Below the pieces are notes generated by a model. The model saw only the letters and a program-made list of their open reading frames with translations. It did not search any database and was not told the origin of the DNA. The position numbers and the translations under genes were made by a program. Shown piece by piece: positions 37,501-48,720 of a stretch of 64,000 bases of DNA. The stretch lies in the NCBI GenBank assembly GCA_965287045.1, contig OZ336872.1:33666001-33730000 (forward strand), given 5' to 3'. Each line of letters begins with the position of its first letter. The stretch's first letter is position 1. The DNA comes from Carcharhinus amblyrhynchos (Eukaryota).

Positions 37501-38675
37501 TATTCAGGCTGTCAGGGTGAGTGCTCATCCATCTCATCCAAGCATCAGCCCCATCCGTCATGCCTGGAATGTCTACCTCGTCCCATTCCCAGACACCCCA
37601 AGACCATCTAGACCCCTCCACTCTCCCAGCACCCTTCTCAGATCCCTCTGGCACAACACAACCCGTCACAACCGCAGCCTCTTGAGGCACAGTGCCAAGC
37701 AATGCTACCCATTCCCCTTCATCCTGCCTGACCACCAGCCATGAAGCTCTCAATCATCCCCTTATATCTCCACAGAGAACGGGAGAAGACAGGCAGTGAC
37801 CCCTGAGTTGCATCTCCTGACTCCCTTTGAAGAATACGTGATGGAGCTCTCAAGGGAGCCACTGAGAGGGCTGTGGGTGACTGTGACATTGGCATGCACC
37901 CAACCATCCATCCAACACAGAGACACACATCTCAGTGGGTACAGTTAGCAGACAAGCTGATGATGTACATGCTTCAGGTGGCGGTGGAAACATTTGAGGG
38001 ATCCAAGGACACAGCTGGCCCCCAGCCAGATGCCAGGCCGCCGGAGAAGGTTCTCACCTAGCTGCTAGGGAGGCAGAAAAAGAGCCAGGGACTGCAGGAG
38101 GGTGCACTGGATACATTCCAGCAGTTGTGAGGCAGTCTGAAGAAGTCCAACAGCCTTTAAATGAAGCAGATGGTGCCAGCATTGCATGGTACCCAGGCTG
38201 ACACTGCAAGGACAGTGACCATGGTGGAAAGCTTGGCGCAGGAAATGGTAACCATAGGTGATAGTGTCCAAGGCATGGCAGAGTCACTGAGGGCCATGGC
38301 TCTGGGCTTTGAGAGCTTGGCCCAGTCTCAGAGGGCAATTGCTGAAGGGCTCCAGAGCTTTGCCCAAACTCTCAGGGCCATCGCTAAGGGCTTACACACC
38401 ATGGCACCAAAACTGTTGGTCCTGCCAGTCTGGGTCAGGTGACACAGAGGCTTCTGTAACTGCCCTACTGTCCCATGGAGTGACCCAGGGGCTCACAAGC
38501 ACCTCGAGGGATGAGGAAGGGCTGAAGGAGACCTTGCCAGCTCCAGCCCTTCCAAATCCCCTGACATCAGTGCATCGCTCAGACAACTAGTTGAGCTGGG
38601 TGGCATGGCTACATCCATAACACTTGAAATCAGCTGGCACAACCCCCACCCCCCCATGCCCTGGCCATTCAGGAG

Positions 38676-39034
38676 ATCTCAACAGGTTAGTCTCAACAGG
38701 GATCTTGGGTTCATGTCACACTATCTGTAACCCCCGTGACTTGCCTGGGTTTGCAAAACCTCACTCACTGTGCTGTCTGGAGACAATACACATCTCTTTA
38801 ACCTGTGATCAGTGCTCCTTCCACTCACATTGTCGGCCACTTTAGGACTTGAACAGCAGGTTAGGTGTAAAGATTCACATTCTAATCAGTAACCTCTAAA
38901 CTGTCTGTGCTTTATATGCTCTGTCTGAGGCCAGAACTCTCCATTCACTTGACGAAGAGGGAAACCTCGAAAGCTTGTGCGTTTACTATCAAATAAATCG
39001 GTTGGACTAAAACCTGATGTCAGACTTTTTACTG
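38676..39034 (+). mobile_element. Penelope-like 3' end (ORF C-terminus + pLTR) with 10-bp TSD
   Basis: LNRDLGFMSHYL* ORF end. cattcaggag repeated at 38666-38675 and 39035-39044. Confidence 0.8.
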
Positions 39035-40217
39035 CATTCAGGAGTTGCCTGCCAAAGGCATCAAAGTCCATGTGGCGTGAAACACAGCAGACAGTCTCCA
39101 CCTCTGATGTGCATCTTGGGGAGTCACTTAGACATAGTGGCAGGCCCCAAAAGGTGAAAAAGTTGTAGGGTAACCAAGAGGGCACGGGTGCGTGGAAGTT
39201 ATATTCCGGGATAGAATGTATTTGGGGATAGATAGTTTTAAATGATTTGCAGCGTTAGAAAGGAGCTGGGAAAATTGCAAACTGGGCACAAAATGGATTT
39301 TGAGGTGTGATCTACTAATGACGCAGTGAAGTCAGAGAATTTGCCTCCCATAGAAAATGTTCAAAGTAAGCTCACCAGAATGATATCAGGGGTGTAAAAC
39401 AGTAATTAGGATGGGCGAACTGAGATATTTGAACTCTTTGATCTCACACAGAGAAATTGAAGAGCAGAGTTAATAGACCTATTTAAAATTATTGATTTTG
39501 GTAAAGTGAATAGGGAAAGACTATTTTGTCTGACTGAAAAGTTACTGATGTGTAGTCATCAATTTAAAATTGTTAATAAAAGTGAGGAAAGTAATTAAGA
39601 AAGATTTATGTGCATGGAGAATTGTTGGAGCGTAAGATGTTTTGGATAGAGGAACCTACAAGTTCATATATGCAATTTTCTAAATTGCAGATCATTAAAA
39701 AGGGTGCTGAAATTTTGGGATTTTTAAATAGATGTATACAATTTGAGTGGAAAGAAGTGATAATGAATTGATACAAATATTGATTAGGCCTGTGTTAAAT
39801 CACAGACACTGTTGCATCTTTTAAGGGAGCACAGATAAATATTTGAAGCAGAGGAAAATAGGGAAAGAGCAGGACAATTTTAGATTGCTCTCGCAAGTAA
39901 CAAACCTAGATTTTGCAGTGAGCAACAAAGGAACCGTGCTTATTCATTACGCTTCAGCTTTTCACAGATTTTTGAACGAAAACTTACTTCGTTGTGCATC
40001 TGAACTGGTGATACATAAAGGGGGCATGGAAATTAAGAGACCAGGCCAATTCAGAATTCGTACAGCTAACAGGCAGGATTGCAAATATTGATTATAGGAC
40101 TGCCTGAAATCACTGTGCCAGGGTGATCTTCAGATCTGCCAAGGCTGGAAGGGGTAGTTCAGCGAACCCATTGCCCCCAGCCCAAGCCCATCCAACCCCT
40201 GTCCTTTGCAGTCTGGC

Positions 40218-40402
40218 TGTAGCAGGTTAGGTGTAAGGATTCGCATTTTAATCAGTAATCTCTAAACTGTCTGTGCTTTATATGCTCTGTCTGAGGCCAG
40301 AACTCTCCATTCACCTGACGAAGAGGGTAACCCCTCGAAAGCTTGCGAGTATATTATCAAATAAATAGGTTGGACTAAAACCTGGTGTTGTCAGACTTTT
40401 TA
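40218..40402 (+). mobile_element. Penelope pLTR insertion with 14-bp TSD
   Basis: Closely matches 38856-39033. ctttgcagtctggc repeated at 40204-40217 and 40403-40416. Confidence 0.85.
40309..40350 (+). ncRNA. Minimal type I hammerhead ribozyme motif (PLE-associated)
   Basis: auucac-CUGACGA-a-GAGGG-uaac-CCCUC-GAAA-gc-UU-gcgagu. Complete core, 5-bp stem II, palindromic AAGCUU in place of stem III. Confidence 0.65.
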
Positions 40403-42039
40403 CTTTGCAGTCTGGCAGCAGGAGAAGAGCAAATGGCCACTGGACCTACTTCTTTGAGTTCTCTGGGGACTCAAGGCACCAGACCAGGGAACAGTGCACT
40501 GTTGGCCAAGGCACGTGGCCTGAAGGGAAGCTGAATTGGAGGTCTGACAGGGAAGGGGTGCTGTGTGGCAGTCTGAGAGGAGAGGGAGGGCTCAGTGGGG
40601 GTCTGGGAGGAGAGGGAGTCTGATTGAAAGATCCAAGGGTGGAGGGGAGCCTGAGGAGGGAAGGGGGCTGTGTGGGGTATCTGAGGGGGAAGGGCAGCTG
40701 TGTGGACAGCCTGAATAGGAGGGGGCTTGAGTGGGGGGGTTGGGTCTGAGAAACTCATGCCTGCGTGGTAATGGGAGAGTAGTATGCCTTGAAATGCTAA
40801 GTGGTTGGTGGTGCATCCCTCAACTTTTGATGTCCAACACACTTGTGAGAACCTGTATGAAATCCTGCCTGGCACAGATCCCACTGGGAAAGTGGGTGAA
40901 CAGCAAGAGCTATTTGAATCACGATTTGAGCCTGCTAATTACTTTTAAAGTACTGAATTTGAATGTGCACAGCAGCATGGCCCGGGAGGATCACAACATG
41001 TTTGGCAACCGGCGCAGAACTCACTTTTTCCACTGACTCCCGATTCTCTGGGCCATCACGATACTTGCTGGGAACTATTGGACCCGACAATCCTCCTCAA
41101 AGTCTCTGATAAACTTATGGAATGGACATATAATTGGAAAATGAATTTCGGTTCTTAAGTATGAGGTATTACATTTTGGTATGAAAAATAACATCACATA
41201 TTATTTGGAAAATAAAAATTTTAATGGGATAGAGAGGAGCAAAGGGATTTGGGTGTACCACTTCACAATTCACTCCAAGTATCAGGTTAATAAGACCATT
41301 AAAATGTAAACCAATCATTCTGATTTATTACTAGAGGGAGAGAATTGAAAAAATAGAGAAGTTATGTTGAACTTGTATTGAACTGAGGTTTAACTCACAC
41401 TTGAAGAACTATTAACAATTTTGATTGGTATATTATTTAAAAAGCAAAATGGAGGCACTGGAGAGGGTGCTAAACCAGCTTTACAAAGATGGTACAAAGA
41501 ACAGCAAGACTACACTTGGCAAGCCAGATCATCTTTCTCCTGACAAGGAGTGAACTCATAACGATCATTAAAATTATGAGACACTTGGATAGAATGAATC
41601 ATCATTATAAAATGGTAACCAAGAAATCAAATAGGGAATTGAAAAGAAAAGTTCTTACTGAGAGAGTGGTGAGAATATGAAATATGCACCACAGAGGGTA
41701 GCTCAGGCAAATAGAACAGATGTATCTCAGGATAATTAGACAAGTATTTAAGGGAGAAGGAAATAGAGTTATGCCAATAGGATTAGATGAGGAAGGACAG
41801 AGCATAAACAGTGGCATACATTGACTTGTTAGAATGCCCTGTTCTGTGTTATATGTAGTTCTTTATAATTCCAAAGTGCAGTTTTTTTCTGAATGAAAAA
41901 TCTTTACAACTGTGCAGGATTATTCAGCATTTCTCAAACAGTGAATACAGAGCTCAAACTTGGTTAGAGATGAACACACTCTGACAAAAATATGGCAGCA
42001 CTGGTATCATCTATAGAATGTTTTACACCAGAAAAAAAA

Positions 42040-42372
42040 GACTTACATTATATGGCACTTCTCACGACCAATGGAAATCGCAAAACCTTTTACAGCCAAT
42101 TCAGTGAAGCACTTTTGAAGTGTCGTCCCTTTTGTCATGTCAGAAATATGGCAGTCAACTTGCACTTGTCAAATTCCCACAAATAGCAATCTGATAAAGA
42201 ACAGATTATCTGTTTTTTATGTTGTTGATTGAGGGATAAATATTTGACCACAATTCTGGGAATAATTCCCCTACTCTTCTTAGAAATGGTGCCATGGGAT
42301 ATTTTACATTCACTTGAGCCGACAGATGGGGCCTCAGTTTAACATCTCATCCAAAAGACAGCATCTCTGACA
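42040..42372 (-). mobile_element. DeuSINE (SacSINE1-like)
   Basis: Reverse complement contains Deu-domain-like gtcttttggatgagatgttaaactgaggccccatctg...tcccatggcacc...aatatttatccctcaatcaac. Confidence 0.75.
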
Positions 42373-42699
42373 TCCTGCCTGAAGCAATTGATACAACACT
42401 GCACGTTTGCAGAAGGCTGACCAATGTGATAAATGGCAACATAAACTTCAAATTTTTCAACATGGGACTAAAATAGATAATTGTTATCAGGTCATACCAC
42501 CTTACCTTTATTGTCACTGGGGGAAAAGTGGATAAGTAAACCTTTTTTTTATTTGTTTCATTATGTTCTCATAATAAATACAACAATCACCTTTAAATAA
42601 TACTTTTAACATATTGGTGCATCACAGGAGTATTACAATACAGAGTATGACACTGAGCCACATGAGATGACCAAAAGTTTGGCTGAAGAGATAGATTTT

Positions 42700-43257
42700 C
42701 CTATCCGTCCCATTCATCATCTTATACGTCTCAATGAGATCTCCCCTCATTCTTCTAAACTCTAACGAGTACAAGCCTAGTTTATTCAGCCTCTCCTCAT
42801 AGCTCAACCCCCTCAACTCCGGCATCAGCCTAGTAAACCTCCTCTGCACTCCCTCCAAGGCCAAAATATCCTTGCGTAAGTACGGCGCCCAAAACTGCAC
42901 ACAGTACTCCAGCTGCGGCCTCCTTCCCGCTCAGAAAGGACAGTAGGACTGGGGGCACAGCCTCAAGATAAAGGGGGGGCGGTTTAGAACGGAGTTGAGG
43001 AAGAATTTCTTCACTCAAAGGGTGGTGAATCTCTGGAATTCTCTGCCCGTTGAAGTGGTGGAGGCTACCTCGCTAAATATTTTTAAGACGCGGGTTGATG
43101 GGTTTTTGATAAGAGAGGGGATTAAGGGTTATGGGGAGAGGGCGGGAATGTGGAACTGAGCCACGACAGATCAGCCATGATCTTATTGAATGGCGGGGCA
43201 GGCTCGAAGGGCTGGATGGCCTACTCCTGCTCCTATTTCTTATGTTCTTATGTTCTT
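42700..43257 (+). mobile_element. Young CR1 with inverted 5' segment (twin priming)
   Basis: 42700-42922 antisense and 42923-43257 sense pieces are adjacent in the consensus (compare 27100-27677). atttt on both sides. Confidence 0.9.
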
Positions 43258-43435
43258 ATTTTAAGAAATGCATTAAAGGAGGGAAGCGTGGCAGAGAGGA
43301 CAATATTTCAGAGCTTGGGGCCTAAACATCTGAAGACACAGCCATCAACAGTGGAACAACTAAAATGGGAGATGTACAAGAGGCCAAAATTAGATGAGTG
43401 TGGATAGCTCAGAGGGTTGTGAGGGTGGAGGAGAT

Positions 43436-43713
43436 CATAGAATCGTAGAATCCCTACAGTACAGAAAGAGGCCATTCGGCTCATCGAGTCTGCACCAACC
43501 ACAATCCCACCAGATCCTACCCCCATATCCCTACATATTTACCCACTAATCCATCTACCCATCTCAGGACACTAAGGGCAATTTTAGCATGGCCAATCAA
43601 CCTAACCCGCATATCTTTGGACTGTGGGAGGAAACTGGAGCACCCGGAGAAACCCACGCAGACACGGGGAGAATGTGCAAACTCCACACAGACAGTGAAC
43701 CAAGCCAGGAATC
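43436..43713 (-). mobile_element. HE1-like SINE
   Basis: catagaatcgtagaatc tail plus the conserved core. Confidence 0.85.
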
Positions 43714-44742
43714 ACAGAGATAAGCAGGGGTAAAGCCAGGGAGGGATTTGAAAACAAGGATGAAAATTTTAAAATCAAGACTTCAGTTTTTTTGGACACA
43801 TTTAAATATTAGCGGAACTCGTAGGCGAATATTTTCTATTTCATCTTTCTCTAATTTGAACGAGTGAAGAATGAAAAATTTAATGTTGAACAAGCAAGCT
43901 CAACTGGTGTCTGTTTTATTTGATTTATTATTGTCACATGTATTAGTATAGTGAAAAGTATTGTTTATTGAGTGCTATACAGAAAAAGCATAGCATTCAT
44001 AGAGAAGGAAACAGGAGATGCAAAATGTAGTGTGTTCTGCTTGTTAGTTTATTTATTAGTCACAAGTAAGGCTTATGTTAACACTGCAGTGTTACAATCA
44101 TAGCTAGGGTATGGAGATAGAGGTTGAAGTAAAGCATTGTTAAAGAGTTTAAAAGATTTGGAATTAAGTTTTAGAAGAATAGAATGACAGTAGAAGAAGA
44201 TTTGGTGGGCACACTTGCAAGAAGTCACCTTGTACCAGCGCCATGTTGGGCAAAACGTGAAGTTTATGACTGTAATGTTATTGTGCCTCACCAGAGGTCA
44301 CTGGTGGAATCAATTTGAGTCAAATCTGAAGAAATCTGATTGTAGAGAAATTAAATTGGAACTGAGGTATGCAGTATCCAGATAAACAATGAATTGATTT
44401 AATATTAAACAACCACATATCTGAACCAATCGAGGTATAGCCCATGCCACTATTTTGTGATCCCATCAGTTCACAGGAAAGTTAAATATTTCCAAAACTC
44501 AACTTAAATCTTACAAAAACAAATAAATAGTAAAAGATTGGAAACCCTAAGTTAAAGCCACTACCCATGCAAAACACAAAGCGGATTCATCAGCACCTGA
44601 AGATGGCACGTTAATGATTCAGCTGGAAATTGAAATGTTAGCCAGTCCCTGTTAAGAGCTCAGTTAGAGTCCAGGTTCTAGTTCTGAAGGAATGTCTGCA
44701 CCCGAAACATTAAGCTTCTCAGATTTTAGAGGACCTGCTATA

Positions 44743-45503
44743 TGTTAAGATTGAGGCCAGAAGCTCCCAAGGTGTTTTATGAAGTTAGTCTAGACCTAAG
44801 TTTTACATTTGATTTTGGCATTAGGGTGAGCATAAGATATTTAATTTACTAGGAAGCTTTTAGCAAACATTTTATTTAAGAACACAGTTAAAATATAACA
44901 AAAATAAATTAGCATAACTTTTACAAGAATTAAATACAATACTGTTTAAGCCTTAAAGCTAGCTATATACGTTGTTTCAAGTCAAACACCATGCCGTAGA
45001 CAAATACCCCTCCCTAGACTTGGCACAAAAACAAGTATGCTCACATGATGCTGGATTTTCAGCTTTTTTTTACACCAGCTGTGAATTGGTCCTTTGAATG
45101 TTGGATCAATTTTCTGAATCTCCACAGTCCTGAAACTTTCAGCAAGCCTCTGGAATGAGAGAGAGATATACTCTCTTCTTCCACCAGCTTCTAGCAGCAA
45201 CTGAGGAAATGAAACTAAGACTTGGACTTTTCTGTGGCAGAAAAACAGTTGCCAGGCATATCGCTTGACTAGTCAATCATCCCCAAATCAAGCTCCACTC
45301 AGCAATCCCCAAAGGACCATAAAACCCCAGAACATTGCATTGGGCCAGATTAAAATCAATGTGATATCAATTATACTGCCGCAGCAGCAATAAATGATGC
45401 CAGCCATAGACATCGTGGTGCCGACAACTTCCAGGGCCTGCTAGAAACATCCTGCAAAGGCACATGATTAAAATACATTTCTTGAAGGCAGAATATCATC
45501 ACA
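44743..45503. mobile_element. Solo LTR with 4-bp TSD
   Basis: tata|TGTTAAG...CATCACA|tata, 761 bp. Interrupts a Penelope-type pLTR fragment. Confidence 0.65.
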
Positions 45504-45717
45504 TATATATTTGCAACCTTTTTGTTTTAATTTCCACTTGAGTCCCTTCTTTTTGAAACAGTGACCTTGCTTGAATATCGACAGAGAAAATGGGTGCAAT
45601 GATATTTTGCTTTGTTTTTAGAAAGCTGACATAGCTTTATCTTGGTTTCTTGAACATCTTGGCATATTGCAGAAGTATAGGATTAATTTGAAACCAAAGC
45701 AAATTAATGGAATATTT

Positions 45718-46022
45718 CATAGAATCCCTACTGTGCAGAAGGAGGCCACTTGGCCCATCTTGTCTGCACTGACCAAATCCCACCTAGGCCCTATTACCAT
45801 AATGCCAAATATTTGCCATGCTAATCCCCTGAAACTAGGGTGAATTTAGCATGGCCAGTCAATCTAACCTGCACATCTTTGAACTGTGGGAGGAAACTGG
45901 AGTACCTGGACGAAACCCACACAGACATGGGGAGAATGTGTAAACTCCATACAGACAATGACCTGAGGCCAGAATTGAACCCAGCTCCCTGGCATTCTAA
46001 GGCAGTAGTGCTGGCCACCGTG
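45718..46022 (-). mobile_element. HE1-like SINE
   Basis: catagaatccc tail, core and head all recognisable. Confidence 0.85.
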
Positions 46023-46724
46023 ACGCTCTTTTTAATCATTTAATCTTGTTTGGCACTTGGTGCCTGAGCTTATCAGTGGATTGGCAATTGATGAGGCACT
46101 CTGAAAAGAAATTAAATGATTCAGAAGGACCATTGAAAACTGATCACCATAGATTCAGAGCTTCCTTCACAATTTTCTGTGAGAATAGATTGAACTCTTG
46201 TGGGATTTTGCATGTTTGAACAATTGAATTCTCATTTTATCACTTAATTGAAATGGGTTTTTGTTAACTATTCCAACAGAATCCGGTTGGCACAGCAGCT
46301 ATAAGATTATTGATCTCCAAAATACAAAATACAAATTTCAAGTAAATGACATTTCTTCACTATGCATAGTCCCATATATGTACTTGTCATGGATATAGAA
46401 TAGAAGCAGCAGTATGCAGGAGAAGACCAACTTCCTCACCAGAGTTGATGGACAATACTAACCTCCTCTGTGATGTGTCAAAAGAGATCTACTTAAGGAG
46501 GCAATGGTTTAAGAAATGGCATGTAGAAAGAACTGTCTCCCCTTGCAAACTGACCTCACATGAAATGAGGAACTAACTAACTTTAGAATGTTGCATTGTA
46601 CATCACAGAATGACTGTACTAAGCCTGTTTATATTTACAACAGGTGTTTCTTTTGTCACAGTGCCTATGAATAGTTACTTCATGTGCTGTCCTCAAACCT
46701 ATTCTCCATCAAGTTGATTCCATA

Positions 46725-48070
46725 GAACAATAGAGTTGTACAAAGGCTATGGAAAAAAAGAGGCCATTCAGTCCATTGTGTCTGTGCTGACCAAAAAAGA
46801 AACTAGCTGCTCGTTTTAATCCCACCCTGTTTCAATATCTCACTCAATAAAGGAAACCATTTCGTATGCTTTTTTGACCATCTTGTCCACCTTTCATGCC
46901 ATCTTCAAGGATCTGTGGACATGCATTCCAAGGTCTCCCACTTCCTCAACCTCTCTCAATGGGTAGTACCTTCCAGCTCCGGCGTGGCATGTTTTCTGGC
47001 AGAGAAACCGACTTGCTGTTGGCTGTCGGCGGGATCTCACGGTCCTGCCAATATGTGTAGTGTCTTGTGTGGCTCACTGGTCCCGCCACCAAAAAACCCA
47101 CTGCAGAGAGGGAGGGTTGCCTTTGGCAGGACTGGAAAACACCACTGGCAGGAAGGGCAGGAAAACATGGCCCAATACTTCTCTTTATTGAGCATTTCCT
47201 TGTTTTGTTTGCCTCTCACTTTCCCAGATTGAATCCCATTTGCCAGTTCTTTGCCTACTCAATCAAACCATTGATATAATTCGACAACTACTCTCTTCAC
47301 TATCGACTACAAGACCAATTTTTTGTCCCCTGCAAATTTCCCAATCCTGTTTCCTACTTTTTAAATCTAAATCGTTAATTTGTACAACAAACAGCAAGGA
47401 CTCCAAGACTGAGCACTGCTGAATATTACTTCCCATTCACAAAAACATCCATTGACCATTACCTTTTGTTTCCTGTCACTCAGCCAATTTTGGATCTAAC
47501 CTGCCACCTTCCTCTGTATCCCATGAGATCTCACTTTTCTGATCAGTCTGCCATGTGGGACTTGTCAAAAGCCTTCCTGAAATCCGTGTAGACATAATGC
47601 ACTGCGCTACCCTTATCAATTCACCTTGTTACTTCCTCAAAAAATTCTATCAAGTTAGGAAGAGATGACCTTCCCCAAACAAAATCTTGCTGGCTATCCC
47701 TAATCAATGCATGCCCTTCTAAATCACACTTTATGCTTTGTCTCAGAATTGTTTCCAATAATTTGCACACCACCAATGTCAGACTGACCGGCCTATATTT
47801 TCTGGCCTATCGTTGCACGTTTTTTTAAATAATAGTACAACATTTGCAGACCTCCAATCCTAGAGCATCTGCTATTTCCTCCCTAGCTTCCTTCAGTAGC
47901 CTGAGATGTAATCCATTTGGCTCTAGCGATTTATCCACCTTCAAGAATGCCAGTCCCTTTAGTACTTCCTCTTTCACTATGTTTATTGTACCTAATATTT
48001 TCCATTCTTCCTCTTTGACTAGAATGTCTGCATCATCCCTCTTCTTATTAATTCAGAGACAAAGTACTCA
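46725..48070 (-). mobile_element. Old CR1 RT remnant
   Basis: Reverse complement gives DFRKAFDKSHM and WIQNWLSDRKQKV-like remnants. Confidence 0.65.
46961..47173. mobile_element. Harbinger-type MITE with AAT TSD
   Basis: aat|GGGtagtaccttcc...ggaaaacatggCCC|aat, inserted in the old CR1. Confidence 0.7.
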
Positions 48071-48234
48071 TCAGCCCTGTCCACCTAATGACTAGGTATA
48101 CCAATGACATTTGGATGTTTTGTGACAGCTAAGCCTTTTAGCAACTAATTTCCCTCCATCTTGGGGCTTCTGACACTCCTCAACAGGTTGCATTATCACT
48201 TTGGGCAGCCTGGTCCTGGATCTTGTTACCTGAT

Positions 48235-48720
48235 GTCAGTCTTGGCTCAATGGTATGTAAGTGAGTTTGAAGCTTGAGGGTTCAACCCTCAATCCAGCAT
48301 CTTTAGCACCTCATCTAAGCTGTGATTTCAATGCAGAACTGATGGAATGCCATCTTTCAGATGAGATGTTAAACTAATACCACCACATGCTGTTTCTAGT
48401 GGTGCAAAATATCTCCCAGCACTATTTGAAAAGAGCTGGGGAGTTTTGCTGGTGTCCTGGGCAATATTTAGCCTTCTATAAGGGTTTAGTTAGTCTTTTA
48501 TCTCATTGTTGTTTGTGGAATTTTGTTGCACTAAGTAAGGTAAAGTCGTTATAGTCCCAAATGACCCTGAAGATCCCCTGAGGATCACCACACCTCAGGC
48601 AAGATTGAGAAGGTGAGCCTTCTTGAATAATGTTAGCTGCTACAGGAATTGAAACCATGCAGTTGGTGTTACTCTGCATCGTGAACCAGTCATGCAGCCA
48701 ATTGAGCTAACCGACCCCCA
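48235..48720. mobile_element. DeuSINE (+) followed by an antisense tRNA-SINE (48536-48720)
   Basis: tggctcaatgg head and gccatctttcagatgagatgttaaac Deu domain. The second element reads ggggtcggttagctcaattgg...gtttcaattcc on the minus strand. Confidence 0.6.

Larger units (their letters stand above)
37221..39350. mobile_element. Harbinger-like DNA transposon remnant nested in CR1
   Basis: Ends tgggatggagttct ... agaatttgcctccca are imperfect TIRs. Contains a coiled-coil ORF remnant (38161-38442) and two Penelope pLTR insertions. Confidence 0.55.
36380..39870 (+). mobile_element. Old CR1 RT remnant split by a nested insertion (37221-39350)
   Basis: Degenerate YVYR*F..LADDTK region upstream. 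Coding resumes after the insert as ENVQSKLTRMISG at 39352. Confidence 0.55.
42622..43790 (-). mobile_element. Old L2-like LINE 3' remnant, interrupted by a CR1 and a SINE
   Basis: Segments 42622-42699, 43258-43435 and 43714-43790 read as one continuous element once the inserts are removed. Confidence 0.55.

Noticed and set aside
38856-40402. Two roughly 180-bp direct repeats resembling the LTRs of a retrozyme or LTR element
   Set aside because: Each copy has its own TSD, and the DNA between them is unrelated Harbinger and CR1 debris, so they are independent insertions.
46280-46341. Good acceptor followed by NPVGTAA, resembling human NPLGTEA
   Set aside because: That frame is incompatible with the phase-1 end of the upstream exon, and the nearby donor would not restore phase. 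Likely coincidence.
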